Source of the DNA: Candidatus Moraniibacteriota bacterium
Lineage (GTDB): Bacteria; Patescibacteriota; Minisyncoccia; Moranbacterales; JAPLXC01
DNA length: 64,000 bases
Assembly: GCA_026396275.1 (NCBI GenBank)
Contig: JAPLXC010000005.1
Location: forward strand, 1,615-65,614
Reading direction: 5' to 3'
Positions 1-8,281 of the stretch are shown in pieces. The first letter of the stretch is position 1. Each line of letters begins with the position of its first letter. A program made the translations under genes and the position numbers. The notes under the pieces are model-generated. The model saw nothing but the letters and a program-made list of their open reading frames with translations. It was not told where the DNA came from and did no database searches.

Positions 1-501
1 CTTTTTAAAGATTTCTCGTGTTTCGGCATTCATCAAGAGATCAAGATATCTTCTCCGTAAAAGTTCCTCAATGTCTTTGAGTCCGTAATATTCCGTCGGG
101 ATGGGGCGCATATTCTTTGCCAGTATTTTCCAGTCAAAAACATCCAGTGTTTTTTCCTCTTTTTTGGTCTTAAATAATTTTCCCTTGACTTCAATAAAGT
201 CGCCGATTTCAATGTTGTCAATAAATAATTTATATTTATTCCCTCCGACATTTTTTTTGCTTAAAAATATCTGAATTTTTGCTGTTCCGTCCTCAATATG
301 GGCAAAAGCTGACCCGCCCATTGGCCGAAGGGATTTCACTCGGCCGACCAAATAAATTTCGCTGGCGGCGAGCTTGTCGAAACATTCCAGAGCCTCTCCA
401 TTAGTGAAACTCCGCTGTGACTGTTCCGGGTATGGTTCCATTCCGGCTTTTTTTAGAGCTTCGAGTTTTTGCAATTTAGTTTTAATAATATCTTCGCGCA
501 T
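1..501 (-). CDS. lysS: lysyl-tRNA synthetase (class II), N-terminal anticodon-binding part; continues beyond window start
   Basis: Own translation of the frame open from 501 down to 1: MREDIIKTKLQKLEALKKAGMEPYPEQSQRSFTNGEALECF...GRVKSLRPMGGSAFAHIEDGTAKIQIFLSKK...KGKLFKTKKEEKTLDVFDWKILAKNMRPIP...RRRYLDLLMNAETREIFKK. The KGKLFKTK and RYLDL motifs match the LysRS N-terminus. Track ORF 33..251 is a different, overlapping frame. Confidence 0.85.
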   Translation of the reverse strand, partial: MREDIIKTKLQKLEALKKAGMEPYPEQSQRSFTNGEALECFDKLAASEIYLVGRVKSLRPMGGSAFAHIEDGTAKIQIFLSKKNVGGNKYKLFIDNIEIGDFIEVKGKLFKTKKEEKTLDVFDWKILAKNMRPIPTEYYGLKDIEELLRRRYLDLLMNAETREIFKK

Positions 502-548
502 GCTTATAATTTAACTTATTTAAAGGAAATTGGCAAATAAAAAGGACT

Positions 549-580
549 GCGACTCGCACAGTCCTTTAGCAGCAATCAAT
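549..580 (-). terminator. hairpin GGACTG-loop-CAGTCC followed by a T-run on the minus strand
   Basis: Inverted repeat then TTTTTAT read on the minus strand, just downstream of the small ORF and greA. Confidence 0.45.
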
Positions 581-587
581 GAGCAAT

Positions 588-689
588 TTACTTTTTATCT
601 TTTGCCAGTTCCTTAATTGGGCAAAAGCCGTACCAAGTACATAATTTCATATCGCAACCGCCATAATATCCGCCTTTGCACTTTTCCAT
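588..689 (-). CDS. unannotated 33-aa Cys/Gly/Tyr-rich peptide MEKCKGGYYGGCDMKLCTWYGFCPIKELAKDKK
   Basis: ATG preceded by AGGAGGTG at a 7-nt spacing. Four Cys residues. Lies between greA and the terminator. Too short for the ORF track. Confidence 0.4.
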   Translation of the reverse strand: MEKCKGGYYGGCDMKLCTWYGFCPIKELAKDKK

Positions 690-706
690 TTTCTTCACCT
701 CCTATT

Positions 707-1165
707 TTACTTCACATCCAAAATCTTATACCGAACTCTACCATTGGGCGTTTCCACTTCAACCGCATCTCCTTTGACGCGGCTCATAAAAGCCCGACCC
801 ATCGGGGATTCGTTGGAAATTTTAAATTCGGTCGGATTGGCCTCGTTTGAACCGACAATTTGAAATTCCATCTCACTGCCATTAAATTTCACTTTCACCC
901 GTGATCCAATCTGAATGCCGATAACCGACCTGTCATGCTTCACTATCTGAGAATCCTTGATAATCATTTCCAGCTCCGCTACGCGGGCCTCGTTTTCATT
1001 CTGCTGGCGCTTGGCCTCGGCGTATTCGGCGTTTTCGGATAGATCCCCTTGTTCCTTGGCTTCCTTGATCGCCTGGGCTATTTCCTGCCGCATTACTGTT
1101 TTTCGCCAGTCAAGTTCCTCCTGAAGTTTTTTGAACCCTTCTCTAGTAATGAGTCGTGCCATTTT
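707..1165 (-). CDS. greA: transcription elongation factor GreA
   Basis: MARLITREGFKKLQEELDWRKT...SENAEYAEAKRQQ... is a typical GreA coiled-coil plus FKBP-like domain. Start taken at the internal Met of ORF 707..1246. Confidence 0.85.
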   Translation of the reverse strand, partial: KMARLITREGFKKLQEELDWRKTVMRQEIAQAIKEAKEQGDLSENAEYAEAKRQQNENEARVAELEMIIKDSQIVKHDRSVIGIQIGSRVKVKFNGSEMEFQIVGSNEANPTEFKISNESPMGRAFMSRVKGDAVEVETPNGRVRYKILDVK

Positions 1166-1365
1166 ATTGATTGTCTTTAACTTTTTAAAAGAGGCCGCTG
1201 AAAAAGCAGCAGTCCCCCGAAATAAACCCCGCGGAAATATTGACACTGATTATCTAAAAATACTACTTTTATGGAATTTTATCAAGAGATAATTACTGCT
1301 TCAAAGCAGGTGATTTTCTTGCGGGGCAAAAAAGCAAACCCATCATATCAAATAATGCCAGGATG

Positions 1366-2694
1366 TCAAGCGCCGAAAATATTTTCTATTTTCTCAATCA
1401 CTTCAAAGCGCAAAATGTCGCGCATAGTTACGGCAATCATCAGAACAATGAGCAGAACAAATCCGATTGTATGAACCAGCTGTTCGACTTTCCGACTAAC
1501 TGGAGAACCCTTGAGTTTTTCAATTAAAATGAATAATATCCGGCCGCCGTCCAGCGCAGGAAAAGGAAGTCCGTTTATAATCCCCAAATTTATGCTAAGA
1601 AGAGCCGCGAACTGTAAAATATAAACCAATCCCAGTTCAGTTACTTGCTTGGTAAGGTAGGCAATCCCCACCGGTCCGGACACGTCTACGGCCACTTTTT
1701 CTCCCACGACCAGTCCTTTTATTATGTCAGCCAGAGTCACAAAAATTGTAACAATCAAATCAAAAGTTGTTTCAAAGCCCTTTATCAGCGCCTCGTACCA
1801 CGGATATTTTAACACGGCTGTCTGGACTAATGAGATGCCTAGCGCTCCCTGATCGGCCGGATGTTCTAGACGGGGAGTGCCCTCAAGATCCAGCAGTTTT
1901 TTTCCGCGCTTGATCTCAAATGCGATTTCTCTTCCTTTATGATCATTAATCACTTTCTGAACATCTGAGATTCGAGAAAAGGGAGCCGCGCATTGGGGAA
2001 TATCTATTTTACATCCTACGATTTCATCACCGATCTGCATCCCCATCAGTTCCGCTGGAGAGCCAGGAATAATCTGGGAAATTTGAATTTTTGATCCTTT
2101 GAGCGGCAGCTGTGATTCATCTACCGGCTGGGGAGCGCCAACGGCGTAAACGGCCGCGAGTAAAAGCCAAGCCAGCAAAAAATTCATAATGATTCCGGCC
2201 GCCAGCACCTTAATTCTGGTCCAGGCTGATTTTCCGGCGAAACTGTCCGGATCGGAACGCTCTGAACCATCTTCCCCTTTAATTTTGACAAATCCGCCCA
2301 GAGGAATCCAGTTCAATGAATAGACAGTACCCGCTTTCAATTGACCCTTTTCTATTGCCTCATTAGAAACAGTTTGCTTTTTTCCGAAAATAAAATTCCA
2401 CTTCTTTACCGGAACGATTTGATCAATCTCTTGAATTCTATCTGTCACTTTTTCCTCAATTATTTCTCTTGAGCCAATTTGATAGTCAGAAATTTGAACT
2501 TCTTCTGTTCGCTTTTCGGCTACTTTTTCTATTTTCTGACCAGTTAGAATCTGAAAACCAAAAATCCTGGGAGGAAACCCGAAGCCGAACTCTTCGGCGG
2601 CAATGCCATTTCTCCGCGCCAGCAAAAAATGCCCCAACTCGTGGACGAATATGAGCAAGCCGAGTACAATAATAAAAACTAGCGCCGTAAGCAT
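1366..2694 (-). CDS. rseP: RseP-like site-2 zinc metalloprotease with PDZ domain
   Basis: HELGHFLLAR HExxH motif in a TM helix, a PDZ-like segment, and a C-terminal LDGG motif. Confidence 0.8.
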   Translation of the reverse strand: MLTALVFIIVLGLLIFVHELGHFLLARRNGIAAEEFGFGFPPRIFGFQILTGQKIEKVAEKRTEEVQISDYQIGSREIIEEKVTDRIQEIDQIVPVKKWNFIFGKKQTVSNEAIEKGQLKAGTVYSLNWIPLGGFVKIKGEDGSERSDPDSFAGKSAWTRIKVLAAGIIMNFLLAWLLLAAVYAVGAPQPVDESQLPLKGSKIQISQIIPGSPAELMGMQIGDEIVGCKIDIPQCAAPFSRISDVQKVINDHKGREIAFEIKRGKKLLDLEGTPRLEHPADQGALGISLVQTAVLKYPWYEALIKGFETTFDLIVTIFVTLADIIKGLVVGEKVAVDVSGPVGIAYLTKQVTELGLVYILQFAALLSINLGIINGLPFPALDGGRILFILIEKLKGSPVSRKVEQLVHTIGFVLLIVLMIAVTMRDILRFEVIEKIENIFGA

Positions 2695-2728
2695 AAATTC
2701 ATCTTTTATTGCTAAATCTTGAACTTAA

Positions 2729-2834
2729 AAATCCAAATGTCAAAACCCAAATTATTTCAAATCAAGTCAAAATGCTTAAATTTTTAAAATTTAGTCATTT
2801 GAAATTGATTTGGCCATTTGAACTTTGAACTTTG
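2729..2834 (+). repeat. AT-rich miniature element with terminal inverted repeats AAAATCCAAAT / ATTTGGATTT (copy A)
   Basis: About 105 bp, homologous over its full length to 36186..36298 and to 56983..57113 (inverted). Confidence 0.55.
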
Positions 2835-2838
2835 GATT

Positions 2839-3396
2839 TCATACCGTCATTATCTCTCTTTCTTTCTTATCCCTTAACTCTTCAATCTGTTTATTATATT
2901 CATCAACAACTTTCTGCAATTTGTCTTTGCTCCGAAATTTGTCATCTTCGGAAATCTTTCCTTTCTTTTCCATATCCTGAATTATTTTCCAGACATCTTC
3001 CCGCCCGGTACGCACCGCGATTCTTGCCTCTTCGGCTTTCTGATTGAGTACTTTGACCAATTCTTTCCGGCGCTCTTCGGTGAGAGCCGGAATGGAAACA
3101 CGGACAACTTGACCATCATTAGCAGGATTTAGGCCTAAATCCGATCCTTTGATGGCTGATTCAATTCCAGTAAGAGCGTTTTTATCCCAGGGACTTATGA
3201 CAATGAGGCGCGGTTCGGGAACACTGATGGTGGCTAGTTGATTAAGAGGGGTCTTGGTTCCGTAATAGTCCACTAGAACATTTTCTACCAGGGCGGGGTT
3301 GGCCCTTCCGGTTCGTAGTTTTCCCATTTCTTCTTTAAAGCGTTCAATGGCTTTGTCCAGTTCTTCTTTTTTGTTTTCAATTAAGGATTCGTACAT
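2839..3396 (-). CDS. frr: ribosome recycling factor
   Basis: 185 aa. VDYYGTKTPLNQLA...RVSIPALTEERRKELVK are RRF hallmarks. Confidence 0.9.
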   Translation of the reverse strand: MYESLIENKKEELDKAIERFKEEMGKLRTGRANPALVENVLVDYYGTKTPLNQLATISVPEPRLIVISPWDKNALTGIESAIKGSDLGLNPANDGQVVRVSIPALTEERRKELVKVLNQKAEEARIAVRTGREDVWKIIQDMEKKGKISEDDKFRSKDKLQKVVDEYNKQIEELRDKKEREIMTV

Positions 3397-3411
3397 TATT
3401 TTTGTAGAGAA

Positions 3412-4464
3412 TTAGTTATCCTTTTTCAATCCCAGGTAAATAATCCCCGGGTTTAGTGGATCATATTGAATAACACTGGAAATTTTTGCTGTCTCAAGCT
3501 GTATCGTAAACCATTGTACTCCTCCGTCAATTGACTTATAGACCGCTTGGGCGGCGCTGTAGATCAGTTCCTGGGAATTTTGAGGATTGATCGTCATCGC
3601 CCTCACCGGAAAATTTTTAGAGCTCTCTAGCACGTTAAGCGGCGTCCAGGTCTCCCCAAAATCAGTACTTTTTGCAATTCCCTCATCCAAACCGGCATAC
3701 AAAGTTCCTGATCTTTGCGGATCAGAGGCAAGTGAAAAAACACGGTTGCTCCCGATTTCCGCGCTGCTTTGAAGATTTTTCTCAAGATTTTCAAAACTCT
3801 CCCCGCCATTTTTGGTTCTCAAAATCCCTTGTTCCAAAACTGAAAAGTACACTATATTGCCATCCGCCGAATCGAAGACACTCTGGGTAACTGCTCCTTG
3901 GACTTTAAAGAGATTAAGCCAGGTCTCGCCGCCGTTTTCTGTCTTAAATATCGCTCCCTCGCTGGTGCTGGCGTAAAGCACCTGGAAGTTTGCCGGATTA
4001 ATTGAGAGGGAGATAATAACAGTGCCGTCAGCCGGCTCTGTGTAGATTTCCTTCCAGTTCCCGCCGGCATCCTCGCTTTTGTAAATCTTTCCGCGCTTTT
4101 GCCATACCCCTAAAGCATAAAGAACTTGGGTATTGGATCGGTCGATTGCCAAACCATAAACCTTGCCCGGAGGAAAATTAATTTTTTCCCAATTTTCCCC
4201 TCCATTCTGGCTCAAATAAATTCCATTTTCTCTTGTCCCAATATAAACAATCTGGGAATTCGCGGGATCAATAGCGATTGATAATATTTCAACTGAAGAA
4301 ATGTTTTTTTCTTCACTGATTTTTACTTTCGGCTCCCATATTTTTCCGCCGTCAGTCGACTTTAAAATGCTCGCGCTGGATGGCGAACTATTTCCCGTCA
4401 AACTGCAACCAGAAAGAAAAAAGAGGGAGATGACTAAAAAAGAGAGTGCGATAAATTTTTTCAT
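3412..4464 (-). CDS. lipoprotein with BNR/Asp-box (SxDxGxTW) beta-propeller repeats
   Basis: MKKFIALSFLVISLFFLSGCS lipobox, then seven S-x-D-G-G-x-x-W repeats (STDGGKIW, SQNGGENW, SEDAGGNW, TENGGETW and others). Start taken at the internal Met. Confidence 0.6.
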   Translation of the reverse strand: MKKFIALSFLVISLFFLSGCSLTGNSSPSSASILKSTDGGKIWEPKVKISEEKNISSVEILSIAIDPANSQIVYIGTRENGIYLSQNGGENWEKINFPPGKVYGLAIDRSNTQVLYALGVWQKRGKIYKSEDAGGNWKEIYTEPADGTVIISLSINPANFQVLYASTSEGAIFKTENGGETWLNLFKVQGAVTQSVFDSADGNIVYFSVLEQGILRTKNGGESFENLEKNLQSSAEIGSNRVFSLASDPQRSGTLYAGLDEGIAKSTDFGETWTPLNVLESSKNFPVRAMTINPQNSQELIYSAAQAVYKSIDGGVQWFTIQLETAKISSVIQYDPLNPGIIYLGLKKDN

Positions 4465-4638
4465 GCTGTTATTATAGCACAGAAAAGGCGAAAAAAACAA
4501 AAAGGCGCTAAAAACTGACAACTGCCAAAAAAATTAGCACCTCCGCAAAAAACTTGCTCCAACTTACCAAAATTAACCCGCAGATGCCAAGCACCCGGAT
4601 CCCGGTTACAAACCAGCTTTGAATTATGAAAGGCGGAT

Positions 4639-4911
4639 TTACTCTTCTATTTTGAAGACCATTGCTCCTTCATGAGTGCCCTGGTCAACTTTCACCGCTA
4701 CTTCGTCTCCGCTTTTCCCGGACTGAATCTTTTCGTGTTCCACCTCCATTGACTCGATTTTCTGGGCGACTTCGCTCTCTCCATGGACAAACTTGACCGT
4801 CTCACCGATTGCCAGATTGTCGGTAAGCCGCACCACTGCCACCATCGCCTTGTCAAAATAGTGGATAACTTTGCCAACCTGTTTGCCGGCAGGCATGGTT
4901 TCCTTTTCCAT
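4639..4911 (-). CDS. hypothetical 90-aa protein
   Basis: Track ORF with no recognisable family. Acidic C-terminus. Confidence 0.3.
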   Translation of the reverse strand: MEKETMPAGKQVGKVIHYFDKAMVAVVRLTDNLAIGETVKFVHGESEVAQKIESMEVEHEKIQSGKSGDEVAVKVDQGTHEGAMVFKIEE

Positions 4912-4995
4912 AGGATTTTAACATTTAATTCCCGATAGACCTTTGCATAATGATATCATAAGCGCCACAAAAAAAGCAATAGCGCCGGTCTTTTA

Positions 4996-5023
4996 TTGAC
5001 TAATGAGGATTCTTTGATATAAT
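4996..5023 (+). promoter_or_regulatory. sigma70-like promoter TTGACT-16nt-TATAAT upstream of the tRNA-Lys locus
   Basis: Near-consensus -35 and -10 hexamers with a 16-nt spacer, about 95 nt before the first tRNA-like sequence. Confidence 0.5.
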
Positions 5024-5119
5024 GATATTTGTTTAGCCGCGTTTGTAAAAAAGCCGAGCATCACTTGTCTCGAGAATTTTTACGAATTAAAGCGCCCGCA
5101 CCCAGTTAATTAAGAGAAC

Positions 5120-5138
5120 GCGCTGTTAGCTCAGCTGG
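5120..5138 (+). pseudogene. duplicated 5' fragment (acceptor plus D-arm start, 19 nt) of tRNA-Lys
   Basis: gcgctgttagctcagctgg is identical to 5233..5251, then diverges. No matching 3' acceptor strand. Confidence 0.5.
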
Positions 5139-5189
5139 CCCGCCCGCCATCGCAAGCCTGGCTTGCTCAGGCGTTGCAGGCGGGTAGAA
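5139..5189 (+). repeat. GC-rich hairpin element (CCCGCC...GGCGGGTAG), family member
   Basis: Stem CCCGCC/GGCGGG with a ~30-nt loop. Related to the elements at 8228, 10619 and 34262. Followed by the palindrome AGGGTAAATTTACCCT. Confidence 0.4.
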
Positions 5190-5232
5190 AAGGGTAAATT
5201 TACCCTGAAAGCAATTGCTGAGAAATACAATT

Positions 5233-5305
5233 AAAGAAATGCGCTGTTAGCTCAGCTGGTAGAGCAGCTCCCTTTTAAGGAGACGGTCGGGGGTTCGAAT
5301 CCCTC
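5233..5305 (+). tRNA. tRNA-Lys (anticodon UUU), CCA encoded
   Basis: Cloverleaf: acceptor GCGCTGT/ACAGCGC, D-arm GCTC-AGCTGGTA-GAGC, anticodon loop CTTTTAA, T-loop TTCGAAT, 3' ACCA. Confidence 0.9.
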
Positions 5306-5323
5306 ACAGCGCACCAAAATACT

Positions 5324-6793
5324 ATGTTCAGCTACACGCTACAGCGAGTATTTTTTTGGACCTTGGTCCTCCTCTTTTTTGTCACCACGGGTGTTCTTAT
5401 CTTTTATGCCCTTGGATACCGTTTTAGTTTTGAACGCGGGATTTTTATTCACGCGGGATCAATTTCTGTAAAACCAAATCCCCAGCAGGTAAACATTACC
5501 ATAAACAGTAGTCCTGTTTCCCGAAAAAAACTAAACTACCTCAATAATTCCTATCACATCGACGGGCTCAAGCCGGGAGAATACCAGCTGAAGATTTCTT
5601 CGCCTGGATTCCAGGCGTGGTCAAAAAAAGTTGCGGTTCATAGCGGCACTTCCACTGAATTCTGGAATGTTCTGCTTGCTAAAGAGCAATATCCGCGCAC
5701 CAGTTTTTACACTTCTCAGGCCGGAAAATTTTTTCTTTCACTTAAAAGCAAATACATCGCCTACATCCAGAATCAAGGTCAAGAATTTCTTGTCAACATT
5801 CTCTCTCTTGATTCAGCTCTTTCCGAGACTGTTTTTTCTTCCCCGGACTATGAGTTGGATGAGAAAGAAAGCATCCAGTGGTCGCCGCAAGAACATGCTA
5901 TTATTATTCCAACAAATCAAAAAAATCCGGAAGAAAGAAAAAAGCATTATTTTATCGTTGACATTGACACAAAGCGCGCTATTAATCTTAAGGACCTGGC
6001 CGCGGCTGAAAATATTGAATCCGTCCATTGGAACACGACAAAAAAGAATTTTGTTTACTATCTTACTGAAAGAAATCTTTACCGTCTGGATCTTGGTAGT
6101 CCCCAAGAAAAAAAATTAGTCGCCCAAAATATCAGCGGTTTTAATCTTTCCTCAAGCGGCTTGTATTATTTTCAGCTTCCCAGCGGAATTGTCTACAGGG
6201 CGGATCCGGAAGGAGAAAGACCGCCGGTTCAAATTACCACTTCTCCCCCCGCCGACATGAGCAATACTAACTATCAAATCGTGGTTTATGACGAAAAAAG
6301 AATTGCTTTGCTTAATGAAACCAGCCGGAAAATATTCATTTGGAATCAGGGTGACCATGATAACTACTTTCGAGAACTTTCAGAAAATGCTTCAGGAGCG
6401 CAGTTTTCCGATGATGGAAAAAAGCTCCTGTTTTGGAACGATTGGGAAATATTCGTTTACTTCAGCCGCGACTGGGAGGTCCAGCCAGTTCGATTAGAGA
6501 ATGAACTGATGAATATCACCCGCTTTTCCCAAAAAATAGAGAATGTCCAGTGGTCAAAGGACTATGAACATGTTGTTTTTACCACTGACAAAAAAATAAA
6601 AGTGGTCGAACTTGACCACCGCGATCGCCGCAATATTTTTGATATTACTGCACTTAAAATAGATTATTCCTGGCTCATCAGCGACTTTTCTAATAATAAA
6701 TTGTATTTCACTGACAAGGCAAGCGAAGAAGATCCTTTTTTTGAAATCTATAGCATTGATTTTCCTGAAAAAACGGGAATTTTAGGATTGTAA
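5324..6793 (+). CDS. membrane-anchored hypothetical protein with PEGA-like and beta-propeller-like regions
   Basis: 489-aa ORF with an N-terminal TM helix. No confident family. Confidence 0.5.
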   Translation: MFSYTLQRVFFWTLVLLFFVTTGVLIFYALGYRFSFERGIFIHAGSISVKPNPQQVNITINSSPVSRKKLNYLNNSYHIDGLKPGEYQLKISSPGFQAWSKKVAVHSGTSTEFWNVLLAKEQYPRTSFYTSQAGKFFLSLKSKYIAYIQNQGQEFLVNILSLDSALSETVFSSPDYELDEKESIQWSPQEHAIIIPTNQKNPEERKKHYFIVDIDTKRAINLKDLAAAENIESVHWNTTKKNFVYYLTERNLYRLDLGSPQEKKLVAQNISGFNLSSSGLYYFQLPSGIVYRADPEGERPPVQITTSPPADMSNTNYQIVVYDEKRIALLNETSRKIFIWNQGDHDNYFRELSENASGAQFSDDGKKLLFWNDWEIFVYFSRDWEVQPVRLENELMNITRFSQKIENVQWSKDYEHVVFTTDKKIKVVELDHRDRRNIFDITALKIDYSWLISDFSNNKLYFTDKASEEDPFFEIYSIDFPEKTGILGL

Positions 6794-6835
6794 ACCCCGC
6801 TATATAGTGCGGGGTAAAAGGATAAGTGTCAGAAA

Positions 6836-7303
6836 CTATCGTTTCTGCCATTGCGGGGCGCGTCGGGCTTTTTTCAGTCCTGGCTTTTTGCGTTCCACAA
6901 TCCTCGCATCCCGAGTAAGAAAACCGTTGTCTCTCAAAACTTTTTTTAAGTTCTCATCATAAACCACCAGTGCTCGGGAAATTCCTAGCCGGATTGCTTC
7001 TGATTGTCCCCGAAATCCTCCCCCTCTTACCAGAGCAGACATTCTGAACTTCCCCTGCGTGCCGCTGATCTTAAACGGCGCCAAAACAAGATCCTGAAAA
7101 GACAAGACGGGAAAATAATCTTTCAACTTGCGTTTATTTATGACTAAATCATCTTCCTTAGATTGCACTTTGGAATAAAGTTTTACCTGGGCTACGGATG
7201 TTTTCCTTTTTCCAACCGCATAAAAGTACTTCTCCTTGGGAGCTTCCTTTTTTTCCTCCTTTATAATCTTCTTGTTTTCTTTAACTTTTTTTCTCACTGG
7301 CAT
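6836..7303 (-). CDS. rpsI: 30S ribosomal protein S9 with Lys-rich N-terminal extension
   Basis: C-terminal ...GLKKARRAPQWQKR is an S9 signature. Immediately downstream of rplM. Confidence 0.85.
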   Translation of the reverse strand: MPVRKKVKENKKIIKEEKKEAPKEKYFYAVGKRKTSVAQVKLYSKVQSKEDDLVINKRKLKDYFPVLSFQDLVLAPFKISGTQGKFRMSALVRGGGFRGQSEAIRLGISRALVVYDENLKKVLRDNGFLTRDARIVERKKPGLKKARRAPQWQKR

Positions 7304-7394
7304 ATAGACAGTTTACAAAATTACAAATCTATTGTGAATATTCAAATATATTTTTAAAATTCGTATATTCGTACAGATTCGTAATTCGTAGAGA

Positions 7395-7766
7395 TTAACC
7401 TATTTTGTGCGGATGCTTGTCATCTTTGTATATAAACAGTCTTTTCATCATTAACTTTCGAAGTTTATTTTTCGAAAGCATCCCATATATGGCGTCTTTT
7501 AATACTTTTCTCGAGTCCTTTTTTAGTTGCTCATCTAAAGTAGTTGAAGTTATTCCTCCGGGATAGCCGCTGAAGCGATGATAAATTTTCTTGTGCCGTT
7601 TACTGCCGGTAAAGCCAATTTTGTCCGAATTAATAATCACCACCGCGTCACCTTCATCCCGATGGGGGGCAAAATCCACTTTGTTTTTTCCCCGCAATAT
7701 TACCGCTACCCGGGAAGCTAAGCGTCCTAGGATTTTTCCTTCCGCGTTGAATAAATGATATTTCAT
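7395..7766 (-). CDS. rplM: 50S ribosomal protein L13
   Basis: MKYHLFNAEGKILGRLASRVAVILRGK... matches L13. Confidence 0.9.
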   Translation of the reverse strand: MKYHLFNAEGKILGRLASRVAVILRGKNKVDFAPHRDEGDAVVIINSDKIGFTGSKRHKKIYHRFSGYPGGITSTTLDEQLKKDSRKVLKDAIYGMLSKNKLRKLMMKRLFIYKDDKHPHKIG

Positions 7767-7780
7767 ACAATTATTAGAGA

Positions 7781-8146
7781 TTACACAAACTCTATCACCG
7801 CCATATTAGCGCTATCGCCTCTTCTTCTTCCCAATTTAACCACCCGCACGTAACCGCTTGATCTCTCACTAAATCTATTCAAAAAATCACTAGAGAGTTT
7901 TTTCACTGCCGGCGACGGGATCATATTTTGGAGATCTCTTATAACTTTCACTTTCTTTTTATCATCAACTTTCGCTTGTTTTGCTTTATGAATAATTCTT
8001 TCAACCAATGGCTTCAGTTCTTTGGCCTTGGCTTCGGTGGTGGCAATTTTTTCCCGCATAATCAAACTGGCCAGCAGTGATTTTAAAAGCGACCGGCGCT
8101 GTTTTCTGATCCGACTTAATTTTCTTCCTTTGACTCTGTGTTTCAT
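7781..8146 (-). CDS. rplQ: 50S ribosomal protein L17
   Basis: MKHRVKGRKLSRIRKQRRSLLKSLLASLI... matches L17. Follows rpoA in the alpha operon order. Confidence 0.85.
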   Translation of the reverse strand: MKHRVKGRKLSRIRKQRRSLLKSLLASLIMREKIATTEAKAKELKPLVERIIHKAKQAKVDDKKKVKVIRDLQNMIPSPAVKKLSSDFLNRFSERSSGYVRVVKLGRRRGDSANMAVIEFV

Positions 8147-8227
8147 GCAAATTGTCTACTAATTACGAATCTTGTACTAATGTACGAATTTTGCTTTTTA
8201 TTTTCTGTTATTCGTATATTCGTATGT

Positions 8228-8256
8228 GATTCGCCCGCCTGCCGGCGAGGCAGGTA
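8228..8256. repeat. GC-rich hairpin element CCCGCCTGCC-GGCGA-GGCAGGT
   Basis: A 22-nt core identical to 34262..34283. Stem CCTGCC/GGCAGG. Confidence 0.5.
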
Positions 8257-8281
8257 ATTCTCAGAGTTATTGCGCACAATA

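Noticed and set aside
33-251. Track ORF (72 aa) at the window start
   Set aside because: It lies in a different frame from the uninterrupted LysRS N-terminal reading frame (501..1), whose translation matches LysRS strongly. Treated as a spurious overlapping frame.
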